Positions 1 through 9,626 of a stretch of DNA of 64,000 nt are shown here, piece by piece. Both the position numbers and the translations under genes were made by a program. Each line of letters opens with the position of its first letter. Position 1 is the first letter of the stretch. The stretch spans positions 2,240,001 through 2,304,000 of the forward strand of contig OY970296.1 of the NCBI GenBank assembly GCA_963716175.1, read 5' to 3'. Under the pieces are notes generated by a model. The model did no database searches, was not told where the DNA came from, and saw only the letters and a program-made list of their open reading frames with translations. Source of the DNA: an uncultured Armatimonadetes bacterium (GTDB taxonomy: Bacteria > Armatimonadota > Hebobacteria > Hebobacterales > Hebobacteraceae).

Positions 1-1218
1 CCCATACGGCGCCTGGTGGCCGAGCAGTTGTCGCGGCGGTCCACGTCCGCTGAGTCGGCCCTGCCGCTTCTCGGCGCGCTCTGTTCAGAGGATGACGCTC
101 TCGCTCGCAGTTCGGCCGCGGTGGGACTGGTCATGCAGACGGCAGCCGCTGGCAAGAGCACCGACAGTGTGATCGAGTTCCTGCAAACGGAAGCGACCTG
201 CCTTGGGTTCGAGATGAACAAGCGTAGACCTGCTGGTGTAGCTGGACTGCTCGAGGGAGGTAAGGGCACGGACTTGCTGCAGTACGTGACCGAGTCTCGG
301 GTCGGGAACCCATTCGAAGCAGTCTTCAACGTCCTTCCTCCCAACCTGCCTGCTCTTCGCCTCCTGGCGTCACAATGGCCAATGATGAAGGCAGATCTGC
401 CGACGGGTGCCTCCGCAACTCTCGGCATCAGCGAGGACCGGTTCTGGGAGTTCATGTCGTCATGGGTCGAGGAGTTCCCCGACCTGCGCTCTGACTTCGA
501 GACATACGCCGTGGACGCGTGCCAGAGGCCGCTCGCCGCTGCTACGCTAACAGCAATTGCCAACGTCAGGCCCCAGTCCGAGGTCCTCCGAAGGGCCTGT
601 CTCTCGACGCTGAAGGCGGTCGAGGAGAACCGCGGCTGGCTGTCGTGGGGAGTTGCTGCTCGCCTGATCGGCAGTCACTTCGGTGGGCAAGATGCCGTTC
701 TGCGCGAGCTAACGGAGATCGACGCGTCTGGTCGCAACTGGGTGGTCACACTTGCCCTGTCGTGGGGCTGGCCGGACTCGGAGGCGTTCAGGAGGCGCGT
801 CGAAGCAGTTCAGGGTCAACGCATGCCCTGGCTGCTGTACCTGCACCTGGCGCGCGTTCTCAAAGAGCCGACTCGCCTAGTCGATGGCGCGATGGAGTAC
901 GTAACACAGTGCGCACAGGGCGCAGTCCACAGGGATCCCGAGGTCGTTCATGCTGTCGCGCTCGGCATCCAGGAATCCGACGTGGTGAGGGGCGGGATCA
1001 TCAGTTGGCTATCGGAGGCACCGGATCTGGCCGTGACAGCGATAGGCCTTCTTCGAGGCGCGGAGATGATCACTCCTGGGCTGCGCGACGAGTTCGCTCG
1101 CATCCTGCACAACGAGGCTACCGAGTCGGTACCGCCTGTGGTCGGGTACGATCTGGTTTCCGGATCTCGTCGATCGCTGGCAGAGGCCGCGTACGCGGCC
1201 CTCGCCGGGGCCCGCTGA
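1..1218 (+). CDS. C-terminal part of a large alpha-helical (HEAT-like) hypothetical protein, 5'-truncated by the window edge
   Basis: Frame is open from base 1 to TGA at 1218; Leu/Ala-rich amphipathic helices; no catalytic motif visible. Confidence 0.6.
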   Translation, partial: PIRRLVAEQLSRRSTSAESALPLLGALCSEDDALARSSAAVGLVMQTAAAGKSTDSVIEFLQTEATCLGFEMNKRRPAGVAGLLEGGKGTDLLQYVTESRVGNPFEAVFNVLPPNLPALRLLASQWPMMKADLPTGASATLGISEDRFWEFMSSWVEEFPDLRSDFETYAVDACQRPLAAATLTAIANVRPQSEVLRRACLSTLKAVEENRGWLSWGVAARLIGSHFGGQDAVLRELTEIDASGRNWVVTLALSWGWPDSEAFRRRVEAVQGQRMPWLLYLHLARVLKEPTRLVDGAMEYVTQCAQGAVHRDPEVVHAVALGIQESDVVRGGIISWLSEAPDLAVTAIGLLRGAEMITPGLRDEFARILHNEATESVPPVVGYDLVSGSRRSLAEAAYAALAGAR

Positions 1219-1441
1219 CGGGTTGGTCACGAGCGCGCGATGCTTGGCGAGGGCCGTGGAGCGACTGGTGAGCAGTGGCCGCGCACGGCATTCCACACCG
1301 GCTCGACAACCGGCCCCAGGGGCCCAGGGGTGCTGTTCCACCTTGGCGCGGAGGCAACCACGTGTGGCACAGTCTCGCCCGGCAGCCGACAGTCAGTGTC
1401 AGCCATGGTGTCAGTCGATGGCTGTCCGGTCGCGGCAGGTC

Positions 1442-1579
1442 CTAGCCGACGCCCTGGAGGCGATTCGCCGGCAGGTCGGCAACCTGAGCCTGCAGGTCCT
1501 CTACCTCCAGGTGGGTGTAGCGCTGGGTGGTGGTGACCCAGGCGTGGCCCAGCAGCTCCTGCACTGCCCGCAGCCGGGC
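1442..1579 (-). pseudogene. Displaced duplicate 3' end of the tyrosine recombinase gene
   Basis: Translates ARLRAVQELLGHAWVTTTQRYTHLEVEDLQAQVADLPANRLQGVG*, matching the C-terminus encoded at 2359-2484 in 36/37 aa (about 82% nt identity). Confidence 0.9.
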
Positions 1580-1601
1580 GATGCCTGCAGGCATTCGCTT
1601 T

Positions 1602-2252
1602 CTAACGGCTATGGCGTGCTTCCATTTCTCGCGCGGCGACCTCGAATGCCTTTATCCTGGCGCGACATTGGCGTATGGACTCCCGGTGCCACTCTGCTTC
1701 TTCAGGATGCAGGCGCATGTTGTCCCTCGTTTCCAGCAGACGATCCTCCAGCCAAGAGATTAGCCCTCTGGCAAATCCCCATTTTGCCGCATAGGCGTCT
1801 GCCTCCAGTTGCATCCGAAACTGCTCGGTGTCTGAGTACTCGTCCGCGTCTATCGTGCATTGATGTCCGGCTATCGCATGACCCATCTCATGTGCAAGCA
1901 TGCCAACAGCCGCGGTCAAGTCCCCATCAAAGTAACCTAACTCGAGAGGAAGCCACCCTATGGTAATGTGATAGGTTCGCCCATAGGGGCCTGTCACCTC
2001 AGCGTTTCCGGGGTCGCGGAGACCATCGGGCAACAGCATGCAAACATAGATTGCCGGCCGGCCAACACGAATCCGCTGCCAATCTTCGTCTGGGAGAGCA
2101 GTCACAAGCTCCACCAGTGCGGGGTTGATTCTCCGGCGAGCTATGGCCCCCAAGCGTCGGTACTCGGGCGTGATCTTTTTGCGACATAGGCCCATCAAGG
2201 GTCGGAAGTGCCTGCGAACCCATTGCCGACGCGCAAGGTCGCGTGTGCGCAT
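1602..2252 (-). CDS. Zinc metallopeptidase (M48 / ImmA-IrrE-like)
   Basis: AHEMGH (HEXXH) motif followed by LEADAYA; SD-like AGGAGG upstream of the ATG. Confidence 0.7.
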   Translation of the reverse strand: MRTRDLARRQWVRRHFRPLMGLCRKKITPEYRRLGAIARRRINPALVELVTALPDEDWQRIRVGRPAIYVCMLLPDGLRDPGNAEVTGPYGRTYHITIGWLPLELGYFDGDLTAAVGMLAHEMGHAIAGHQCTIDADEYSDTEQFRMQLEADAYAAKWGFARGLISWLEDRLLETRDNMRLHPEEAEWHRESIRQCRARIKAFEVAAREMEARHSR

Positions 2253-2358
2253 CTTGTATGCCTCCTACGCTATCAGACTGAACTACTCCTCGGACACCGA
2301 TCATTGTAGCAGACAGACATGGAGTGGGGGTGGCAAACGAACTGCCGTTGCTCGCTCG

Positions 2359-3312
2359 TCACAGCCGGCAGTGGTTGGCAGGTAGCTCTGCCACCTGTGC
2401 CTGCAGGTCCTCCACTTCCAGATGAGTGTAGCGCTGAGTGGTCGTCACCCAGGCATGTCCCAGCAATTCCTGCACCGCCCGCAGGTTGGGCCGGGCGCGC
2501 AGGGCGTGGGTGGCGAAGGTGTGGCGCAGCAGGTGGGGGCCGGAGCGATCGGTGATGCCGGCCGCCCGCAGGTATCGGTTCACCAAGAGGGCAATGCCCC
2601 GCGCCGAGAAGCGCCCCCCGCTGCGGTTCAGGAAGAGCGCCGGCTCCGTCCCTAGACCTGACGGCCGGGATGGCGGCCCGCTGGGCCTGGCCACATCATC
2701 GCGGTCCGCGAGGTAGGCCAGGAGCGCGTCGGCCGCCGGGCGGTTGATGGGCAGCCGGTGTAGCCGTCGGCCCTTGCCCACTACCTGCAGGGCGCCCCAG
2801 CCCTGGGCGGGCAGGCTCACGTCCTCACGGCTGAGGGCGCACAGCTCCCCCACTCGCAGGCCGGTGTTGTAGAGCAGCATCAGGATCGCCCGGTCCCGCC
2901 GGCCCCTGGGGATATCGGGGGAGGGCAGGGAGAGCAGGCGCTGGACCTCGGCGACGGTGAGGTGCTTGGGCGCCAGCGGCGGACCCAGGCGGATGGAGCG
3001 CAGCGCCTGGGCGGGGTTAGCCTCCAGCCGACCTTCCTCGAATAGGAAGCGGCAGAACGAGCGCACCGCAGCAATGGCGCGGTTGATGCTGGATGGCGAT
3101 CGGCCCGCCTGCTGCTGATGGCGGAAACACTCGCGCAGGTCCGCCGGCCGCACTTGGTCGAGCGGCCCGGGCAGGGCAGCGAGCACTGCTTCCAGGTCCC
3201 TGCGGTAGGCCCGCACCGAGTGGGCCGACCGCCCCTCCAGCGCCAGCGCCCCCAGGAACTCCTCCAGCTCCCGCTCGTCCGACTGCCGATCACGCCGCTG
3301 CTTTCTCGCCAC
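2359..3312 (-). CDS. XerC/XerD-like tyrosine recombinase
   Basis: N-terminal SAM-like region (SAHSVRAYRRDL); catalytic motifs TGLRVGEL, VVGKG, HLLRHTFATH, LLGH, TTQRYT; start placed at GTG 3312 behind AAGGAGG. Confidence 0.93.
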   Translation of the reverse strand: MARKQRRDRQSDERELEEFLGALALEGRSAHSVRAYRRDLEAVLAALPGPLDQVRPADLRECFRHQQQAGRSPSSINRAIAAVRSFCRFLFEEGRLEANPAQALRSIRLGPPLAPKHLTVAEVQRLLSLPSPDIPRGRRDRAILMLLYNTGLRVGELCALSREDVSLPAQGWGALQVVGKGRRLHRLPINRPAADALLAYLADRDDVARPSGPPSRPSGLGTEPALFLNRSGGRFSARGIALLVNRYLRAAGITDRSGPHLLRHTFATHALRARPNLRAVQELLGHAWVTTTQRYTHLEVEDLQAQVAELPANHCRL

Positions 3313-3555
3313 CTTCGCCTCCTTCTGACTCAGGCCGTAGTTCCGATAAGACATAGGGGCGGATGTTGGCCAACCCGTCAAGGCGGTCTTGCTCGCGATG
3401 ATGCGGGAACTGGCCCACAGACGGCACGACACGCCGCCCCCACGCGGCGAGAACGCCGCGAATGGTGGAAGGCCGAGGCGCAGCACCAACCGGCCGCCGA
3501 AAGCCCAACACAGGCGCCCACGGCGCGCCGTTCGCGGCCCCGGGCGCACCCCGAG

Positions 3556-3750
3556 ATGGTCACAGTAGCGATCCGCGGGCCACTGGCGAGGAGAATGCGG
3601 GATATGGCTGAGAGTCACGGGATGAGCTTGTCCAAGTTCCTCAGGGACGCGATCTTGGTGTACGAGCGCGACGTCGATGCCGGGTACGAGCCGGGCACGT
3701 CGCTGGCGAACTGGACCGCGCGGCAGGGCGATCAGGGAACCGGCGCCTGA
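3556..3750 (+). CDS. Ribbon-helix-helix (CopG-like) DNA-binding protein
   Basis: MVTVAIRGPLARRMRDMAESHGMSLSKFLRDAI fits the beta-alpha-alpha RHH pattern; divergent from the recombinase; start uncertain. Confidence 0.6.
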   Translation: MVTVAIRGPLARRMRDMAESHGMSLSKFLRDAILVYERDVDAGYEPGTSLANWTARQGDQGTGA

Positions 3751-3904
3751 GCTGCTCCCGGCGAACGAAGGCGAGTCGGGGCGGCCTGACGCGTGCGACG
3801 AGGTGGAGCACAATTGTATCGGCGCGTCAACGATGCCCATGGGGGACTGCGTGAAGCTATGCGAAGGGGTGGGATGTCCGGCCGCGCTCTGGCACCCGCA
3901 GTGG

Positions 3905-6895
3905 TCACCTCGGGCTCTCCTCCGAGGCCCCCGATAGGTCGTGCTGAGGCGGCTGTAGATCGGCTACGCAGACGGCTTCGGCAGGCGGTGCGTCGAACCT
4001 GATCTTCTCCTCGACCACAACGCGGGCAAGCGTCCGCAGTCGGGTCTCGTCCGCGTCCGGGTAGTGCTGCTTGGCAGCATCCACGTGGTCGGGAACGACC
4101 TGCTCGACCGACAGGATGAGAGGTCGGATGTCATGCAGTGTGCAGTTCCCGACGAGTTGCGCCACGATCACCTGGCCGTTGATCTCCAGTGACGCGATGA
4201 CGGGAATCTGCCCGAGAATCCCCACCAGATCGGGCTCGACGTCTTGGTGTCTCACCTGCCAGCCTGGGGTGATGCCGGGCAATGCAAGGCACTCGTCGTG
4301 CAACTGCCAAGGCACAAGTATCGTGTCTGGGCGGAAGTGCTTCCCTACTCGTGTCACCCCAGCATCGATCGCGGCAGCCAGTGACGCGGCGGTAGTGCGC
4401 TCAGGAGCACTCATAAGGCCCTTGATGATGAGATCGGTCTCGCGTGCGGCGACTGACCTGCCGAAGTTGTCAGTAAGGTTGATGCAGTGCGCTTTCGGGT
4501 CATCCGTGAAGGGGTCTTTGTCCATGATAAGGGCGAATCCGACCTTGGTCTGGTGTGAGCTGTCGAGTTCCGGACTGCTTCTAACACAGCCGAATCTGCG
4601 CAGCCATGATCGGATGCTACTGGCCTCAGCAGCACGCAGCCTGATCTCAGATTCGATGCCACGAACCTTCGCTTCGGAGATCGGCATAGCGGCTCTGCGC
4701 TGCGCCTCGTGCAGCTCATAGGCGGCAGCACTAGCGTGGACCCAAGCCTTGAATGCCGAGACTCGGATGGGGACGGGTGGCCCGATCACCCGACCCCATA
4801 TCTCGGCTTCCCCCCCGATTTGGTCAGCAACCTCCCCCAGAAGCTTCGCTGAGTGTGCGAGGGCCTCCGCGGGGATCGCCGGGGGAGAGGTTACCTGTTC
4901 GTCTTGCAGAGACAACGCTCTCATGGCCGAGACCGCCAGGGCCCATGTAGGTCCGGTAGTCGTGTCGACCCAGTGCCCTCGCCTGGTATCATACTCTGGC
5001 GAGTCCTCCAGCATTCGTCTCACGGAACCTGGCATGTCCACCACTTCGGATACCGTCTCGAATGAACGTGTAAGGTCCTCCACGCTGTGGGGCAGAGGCT
5101 GCGTCGCGTTGAGCAGACGCTGCGCCTGCTCCGCATCAATCTGCTTCTGACTGAATCTACCGACGATGAACCCTGCCAGAGCCAGTGCGTAGAGCCGCGG
5201 GAGCGCGGTCATCTTCTCTCCAAAGTCACGGACGGCGTCCGCTAACGCGCCTGTGTCACGTGACGACTGTACTGACCTGAGACTGCGGTCACCGCTTTCC
5301 GCGATATGAACACACAGCTGCATCAACTCATCGGTGTCCCGAAACTCGACCGCGAGCTTAGCCATGTCAGCCAGGACGTCCATGGCATGAAGTGTCATCG
5401 CGCCGATATTGACCAGATGCGTCAGCCTGGACTCGTCCAGTCTGCGCCACTCGGAGAGCTGAGGGCGTAGGTGATAGTCAAGCAGATCGCGTACGTACCT
5501 GTGGCATCTGTCCTTCGTGATCACGCTACCGGCCTGGAGGCCCTCGTAGTACATCCCCAGGTAGATCCCGCAGAATCGAGTGAAAGTCATCAGGTCGCCG
5601 CGGGTAACTGCCGCCTGAAGCATGCCGTAGAGGTCGTACGTAAGCTGGCCGATGAAGTCGGGTTCGCCTGACTTGACGACCGCCCGACCAAGGTCCCGTA
5701 GATGAATCTCCACAAGGCGGACACAGTGGAACTCGGAGAAGGGCTCCGACACTTGATCCGGCCCAAACATCAGCCCGACCCGCTCCAGCCGGGCCCCCAG
5801 GTCCTCGATAGCACTCGTCATCGTGCGTACCGCGGTCCTGAACGCAGGTATATCCGCCGACCGCAACGCGTTCATTGCCATAAGCTTCAGTACGTCCAAG
5901 CAGGGCCGCACGTCGGGCCCGGTGTATGACCTGCTTAGCACGACGCACCGGTCCACGAGCCGCTCCAGCCTGGCAACCAATGGCTGTGCGTGGAACGTGG
6001 CAAGAGCATCGCTCCCGGCCTTGATAGATTGTCCGAGCCTCACTAGGAGAGCCGGCTTCTGTCCAGTCTGTGAGTCGTCGGGCCGCGCTCCTACGACCTT
6101 CGCTAACCGACGCAGAGCGCCGAGATCCACATCAACTACGGTGCCACTGCGCCGAGCTACGACACGTGTTTGGTCCGCAGTGGCTGGCTCGGAGCCGAAC
6201 AGGTTCCAGCGGATGCCGACGCTTTCACACTCCCCGCGAAGGATGTTGTGTGCGGCCCTGAAGAGGATGTCATGGTAGACGTGGTTGCGAACCGCCCTTT
6301 CCGTCCGAGCAGAGATTGCACGCGCGGCGTAATCGTGGTCCAGCAGCCTTAGCACTCGCGCGGTGAACGCGACGGTACGCAAGGCTAGTGCAAGAGCCAC
6401 CAGCGGTGCTAGTATCAGCGCGTCACAGAGGACCGCGGAGTCATCAGGCTTCAGCCCAGTGGCTGCCCTCGTAGCGCCGAGGAAGGCAACGACCGCGATC
6501 ACATACCCGATCAACTCTATTGGACGCCGCGCTGCCAGCGGGCCGAATGCAAGGCCCAGTTGCGGCTGCCTCTCAACCCAACCTGCGAGGAAGATCGTGA
6601 ACGGTATCACCAACCCGACGAATGTCACCGTCACCTGGGTCCAGAATTGGACGAGTTCTGATACCGCCGACAGACGCCACTCCGCGGGGATGACTGCCAG
6701 ACGCGGGAACTCAACCCAGCGCGCCGCCACAAACCAGACCGCGGCCAGCAGCCAGAGACTCCAGCCTAGCCAGAAGTCCAGGTCGTCGCGCAGCTTGGCC
6801 AGGAACTGACCGCGTGCGAGTTCCTCGTAGATGCCGTGCTGTTTCAGCAGCTTGACGGCCGCGCCTCGTGCTGTCCTGCGCCGTCGCCAAGTCAC
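3905..6895 (-). CDS. Large membrane protein: N-terminal TM helices (DUF2254-like), helical middle, possible encapsulin/HK97-like C-terminus
   Basis: 996-aa ORF with about four hydrophobic segments in the first 190 aa, then RRSGTVVDVDLGALRRLA...LLVRLGQSI (DUF2254-like); start uncertain. Confidence 0.7.
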   Translation of the reverse strand: MTWRRRRTARGAAVKLLKQHGIYEELARGQFLAKLRDDLDFWLGWSLWLLAAVWFVAARWVEFPRLAVIPAEWRLSAVSELVQFWTQVTVTFVGLVIPFTIFLAGWVERQPQLGLAFGPLAARRPIELIGYVIAVVAFLGATRAATGLKPDDSAVLCDALILAPLVALALALRTVAFTARVLRLLDHDYAARAISARTERAVRNHVYHDILFRAAHNILRGECESVGIRWNLFGSEPATADQTRVVARRSGTVVDVDLGALRRLAKVVGARPDDSQTGQKPALLVRLGQSIKAGSDALATFHAQPLVARLERLVDRCVVLSRSYTGPDVRPCLDVLKLMAMNALRSADIPAFRTAVRTMTSAIEDLGARLERVGLMFGPDQVSEPFSEFHCVRLVEIHLRDLGRAVVKSGEPDFIGQLTYDLYGMLQAAVTRGDLMTFTRFCGIYLGMYYEGLQAGSVITKDRCHRYVRDLLDYHLRPQLSEWRRLDESRLTHLVNIGAMTLHAMDVLADMAKLAVEFRDTDELMQLCVHIAESGDRSLRSVQSSRDTGALADAVRDFGEKMTALPRLYALALAGFIVGRFSQKQIDAEQAQRLLNATQPLPHSVEDLTRSFETVSEVVDMPGSVRRMLEDSPEYDTRRGHWVDTTTGPTWALAVSAMRALSLQDEQVTSPPAIPAEALAHSAKLLGEVADQIGGEAEIWGRVIGPPVPIRVSAFKAWVHASAAAYELHEAQRRAAMPISEAKVRGIESEIRLRAAEASSIRSWLRRFGCVRSSPELDSSHQTKVGFALIMDKDPFTDDPKAHCINLTDNFGRSVAARETDLIIKGLMSAPERTTAASLAAAIDAGVTRVGKHFRPDTILVPWQLHDECLALPGITPGWQVRHQDVEPDLVGILGQIPVIASLEINGQVIVAQLVGNCTLHDIRPLILSVEQVVPDHVDAAKQHYPDADETRLRTLARVVVEEKIRFDAPPAEAVCVADLQPPQHDLSGASEESPR

Positions 6896-6928
6896 TGAGT
6901 GGCTCGATCCATGCCGGCGTCTCCTTGG

Positions 6929-9616
6929 CTAAGGCAGTTCCTGCGCGCTAGTCACGACCTTGTAGTTCACCCCAAGTGCGCCCCCAAAATGCTTCTCCCC
7001 GCATTCGATCTTCCGGCGTTCGTCGGGCCTGAGTCTGGAGCGGTCGGTCGTGTCCTTCGTTTCGCGGACCAGGTACAGGAGAGGCCGGCCGCGTGCGTCG
7101 CCGTGCTCATCACGATCCTCCATGACGATGGCCCAGTCGGGGTTGTACTCGCCCACCGGCGTCGGCACCGTGAACCACGAGGGCAGCTTGAGATACAGGC
7201 GCACATCGTCTCGCCGCTCCAGCCCTCGCACGAACTCGCGCTCCGTCTCGGACTCGAAGATCACGTGGTCATACACAGAGCGTTTGGCCGGCACCAGGTA
7301 CTGCTCCCAACTCTCGATCTCGCCATCGAACTGGCACATCTCATACCACTCGTCGATCCGCTCGTACTGGATTCCGGCGACGAGCTGGTCGGCCAGCTTC
7401 TCCTTGGCGATGCGAACCGCCTCGGTGGCGAAGCCGTGGGGGTTGTCGAGCGCGGCCTGCTTCTGCGCACTGCGACGGAAGATCTCCAGCAGCGTCCGCC
7501 GAGTCAGCCGAACGGGCGGCGTAGTGTGAAGCAGAAGATGCTCCATCAGCCCGACCAGATTGGGTGAGACGTACCTCCCACGCAGCTCGATAACCGTCCT
7601 GGTCGCGGTTGCCTGGCGTGCCACGAACTCGTCTGCGCCTTCGACTTCCAGCTGCGCCTTGGTGATGGTGACCCGGGGTGGCGCAATGGTGATCCTGTCC
7701 AACTCCGCCACGACCTCGGCGATCAGGCGCTCGGAGTCGATCCTGACGGCGTAGCGCGTCTTCTGCTTGATCTTGTCCCACAGATCTCTGAACTCGGGCC
7801 GCAGCGTGTATTGCTTGCGCAGTCGAGCGGTTCGGCGCTTCCGCGCGTTGGCCGGCTTCGGCGGCAGACCTTCCATGCCGTACTCCGCCTCGATCTCGGA
7901 TTGCAGACGCTCGACATAGCGCTCGTAGCTCTCGTTCGCGACCACAGTCAGGACGTTGATCTGCTCATCGTGTACTCTGTCGCCGTTCTGGTTGACGGCA
8001 AGGCGCACGCCCCTGCCCACCTCCTGCCGCTTCTTCATCTCTGAGACAGTCTGGTTGAGCGTACAGATCTGGAAGACGTTTGGGTTGTCCCACCCCTCGC
8101 GGAGCGCCGAGTGCGAGAAGATGAACGCGGTCGGCTCATCAAATGAGAGCAGGCGTTCTTTCTCCTGCATGATCAGTTCGTATGCTTCTCGGTCCCGTTC
8201 GGCTTCGCCGGTCCTGCTGTCCTCGTAGACGACCTGACCGGCGCGGGTGCGGCGCTGAGCGAAGTAGGCTGCTTGGACAGCGGCCGCGTCGACCTCCCGG
8301 AAGCCTGAATGCTGGGCCTTCAGGTCAGTGAACGCCTCGTTGAAGAGCCGACGGATGATACCGTCCTCCCGAACATAGTTGTCGACTCGGTCGATGAAGA
8401 ACAGAGAGAGCACTTTGATGCCGGCGGCGCGCAGTCGCGCCTGCTTGCGCATGTGCGCTTCCACCGTGTACCGGATCTGGGCCGCGAAGATAGCGTCCTT
8501 GTCGGCGCCTTTGGTCTCGCCGAGGCGGAGTTCGTCGTCATTCGCGAAGGTCACCACGCCCGCGGCCGCGTCGATCTCGTCCACCACAAACGGGGCGTAC
8601 TCCGGTCGCCCGGCCTTCTCCTCAAGGCGGTCGCCAGGGTGGGCCGTGACCACCTGCTCCTTGACCGTACCGTTCTTCATCAGCTTGTGGAGCGCGATGC
8701 GCGCGGTAAGCGTTCGCTTTTCGGCGCGAATCTGGTCCAGGCGAAGGAAGGGAAGGTTCTCATCGTCTGACTGGACGACCGACCCTACCTCTATCCGCTT
8801 GACCAGTCCCTGTCGGTAGGCCTCGAACGGCGTGAGTCGGTAGACGACGTTGTAGGGATTGCGATGGGTGGCGCTGTAGCGCAGGGCAAATAGCGGATCG
8901 AGCGCGGCCAGCGCGCGCACGCGCAGTTCGCTCTCCATATTCTGGGGTTCGTCCAATATCAACACGGGGCGGGCTGCCTGAACCAAGTGGATCGGCGTCT
9001 CGCCCTGCAAACGATCGGTGCTCTGGCGGATGACATTCGACGCCTTGTTGAAGGAGTCAATCGTCATCACCATGATCTCGACACCGTCGGAAAGAGCGAA
9101 CTGCCGCACCTGGGAAAGATTGGCCGAGTCGTACACGTAGTAGCGGTAGGGCGTATTCCCGTAGAGCTCGCGTAGATGCTTCTCCGTTACCTTGAGCGCC
9201 TTGAGCACGCCCTCCCTCACGGCCACGGACGGCACCACGGCGATGAACTTCCGCAGACCATATCGCCGGTGGAGCTCGAGCGCCGTGCGCAGGTAAACGT
9301 AGGTCTTTCCGGTTCCGGTCTCCATCTCCACGGAGAAGTTCCCGAAGCGCACCTGCTTGTTGCCCTCGACCGTCTCGATGCTCTCCTCGATGACCTGCAA
9401 CGCGTCGTCGGTGGGCAGCCCGTTCTCGCGCTGGACGGCCTGGAGGTTGGAGAGTAGGGCCGCCTCGTCCAGGTCAAGCCGGTTCGGCACGGCGGCGAAG
9501 CCACCGAGCGAGAACGACAGGTCGGCCTCGTTGCGAGGCTGGCCCTCGAGCAGCCCCGCCACTGCCTCGATGGCCCGGATTTGGTATTCCTGGTTGGCGT
9601 CGAACTTGAACTGCAT
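6929..9616 (-). CDS. res: Type III restriction endonuclease Res subunit
   Basis: SVEMETGTGKTYVY, LILDEPQN, FSHSALREGWDNPNVFQICTL, QEVGRGVRL and C-terminal YNPDWAIV...RETK nuclease motif. Confidence 0.96.
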   Translation of the reverse strand: MQFKFDANQEYQIRAIEAVAGLLEGQPRNEADLSFSLGGFAAVPNRLDLDEAALLSNLQAVQRENGLPTDDALQVIEESIETVEGNKQVRFGNFSVEMETGTGKTYVYLRTALELHRRYGLRKFIAVVPSVAVREGVLKALKVTEKHLRELYGNTPYRYYVYDSANLSQVRQFALSDGVEIMVMTIDSFNKASNVIRQSTDRLQGETPIHLVQAARPVLILDEPQNMESELRVRALAALDPLFALRYSATHRNPYNVVYRLTPFEAYRQGLVKRIEVGSVVQSDDENLPFLRLDQIRAEKRTLTARIALHKLMKNGTVKEQVVTAHPGDRLEEKAGRPEYAPFVVDEIDAAAGVVTFANDDELRLGETKGADKDAIFAAQIRYTVEAHMRKQARLRAAGIKVLSLFFIDRVDNYVREDGIIRRLFNEAFTDLKAQHSGFREVDAAAVQAAYFAQRRTRAGQVVYEDSRTGEAERDREAYELIMQEKERLLSFDEPTAFIFSHSALREGWDNPNVFQICTLNQTVSEMKKRQEVGRGVRLAVNQNGDRVHDEQINVLTVVANESYERYVERLQSEIEAEYGMEGLPPKPANARKRRTARLRKQYTLRPEFRDLWDKIKQKTRYAVRIDSERLIAEVVAELDRITIAPPRVTITKAQLEVEGADEFVARQATATRTVIELRGRYVSPNLVGLMEHLLLHTTPPVRLTRRTLLEIFRRSAQKQAALDNPHGFATEAVRIAKEKLADQLVAGIQYERIDEWYEMCQFDGEIESWEQYLVPAKRSVYDHVIFESETEREFVRGLERRDDVRLYLKLPSWFTVPTPVGEYNPDWAIVMEDRDEHGDARGRPLLYLVRETKDTTDRSRLRPDERRKIECGEKHFGGALGVNYKVVTSAQELP

Positions 9617-9626
9617 CCCAGGTCCC

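Noticed and set aside
3313-3840. 176-aa N-terminal extension of the recombinase ORF
   Set aside because: It is antisense to the RHH gene and low in complexity; a strong SD supports the start at 3312.
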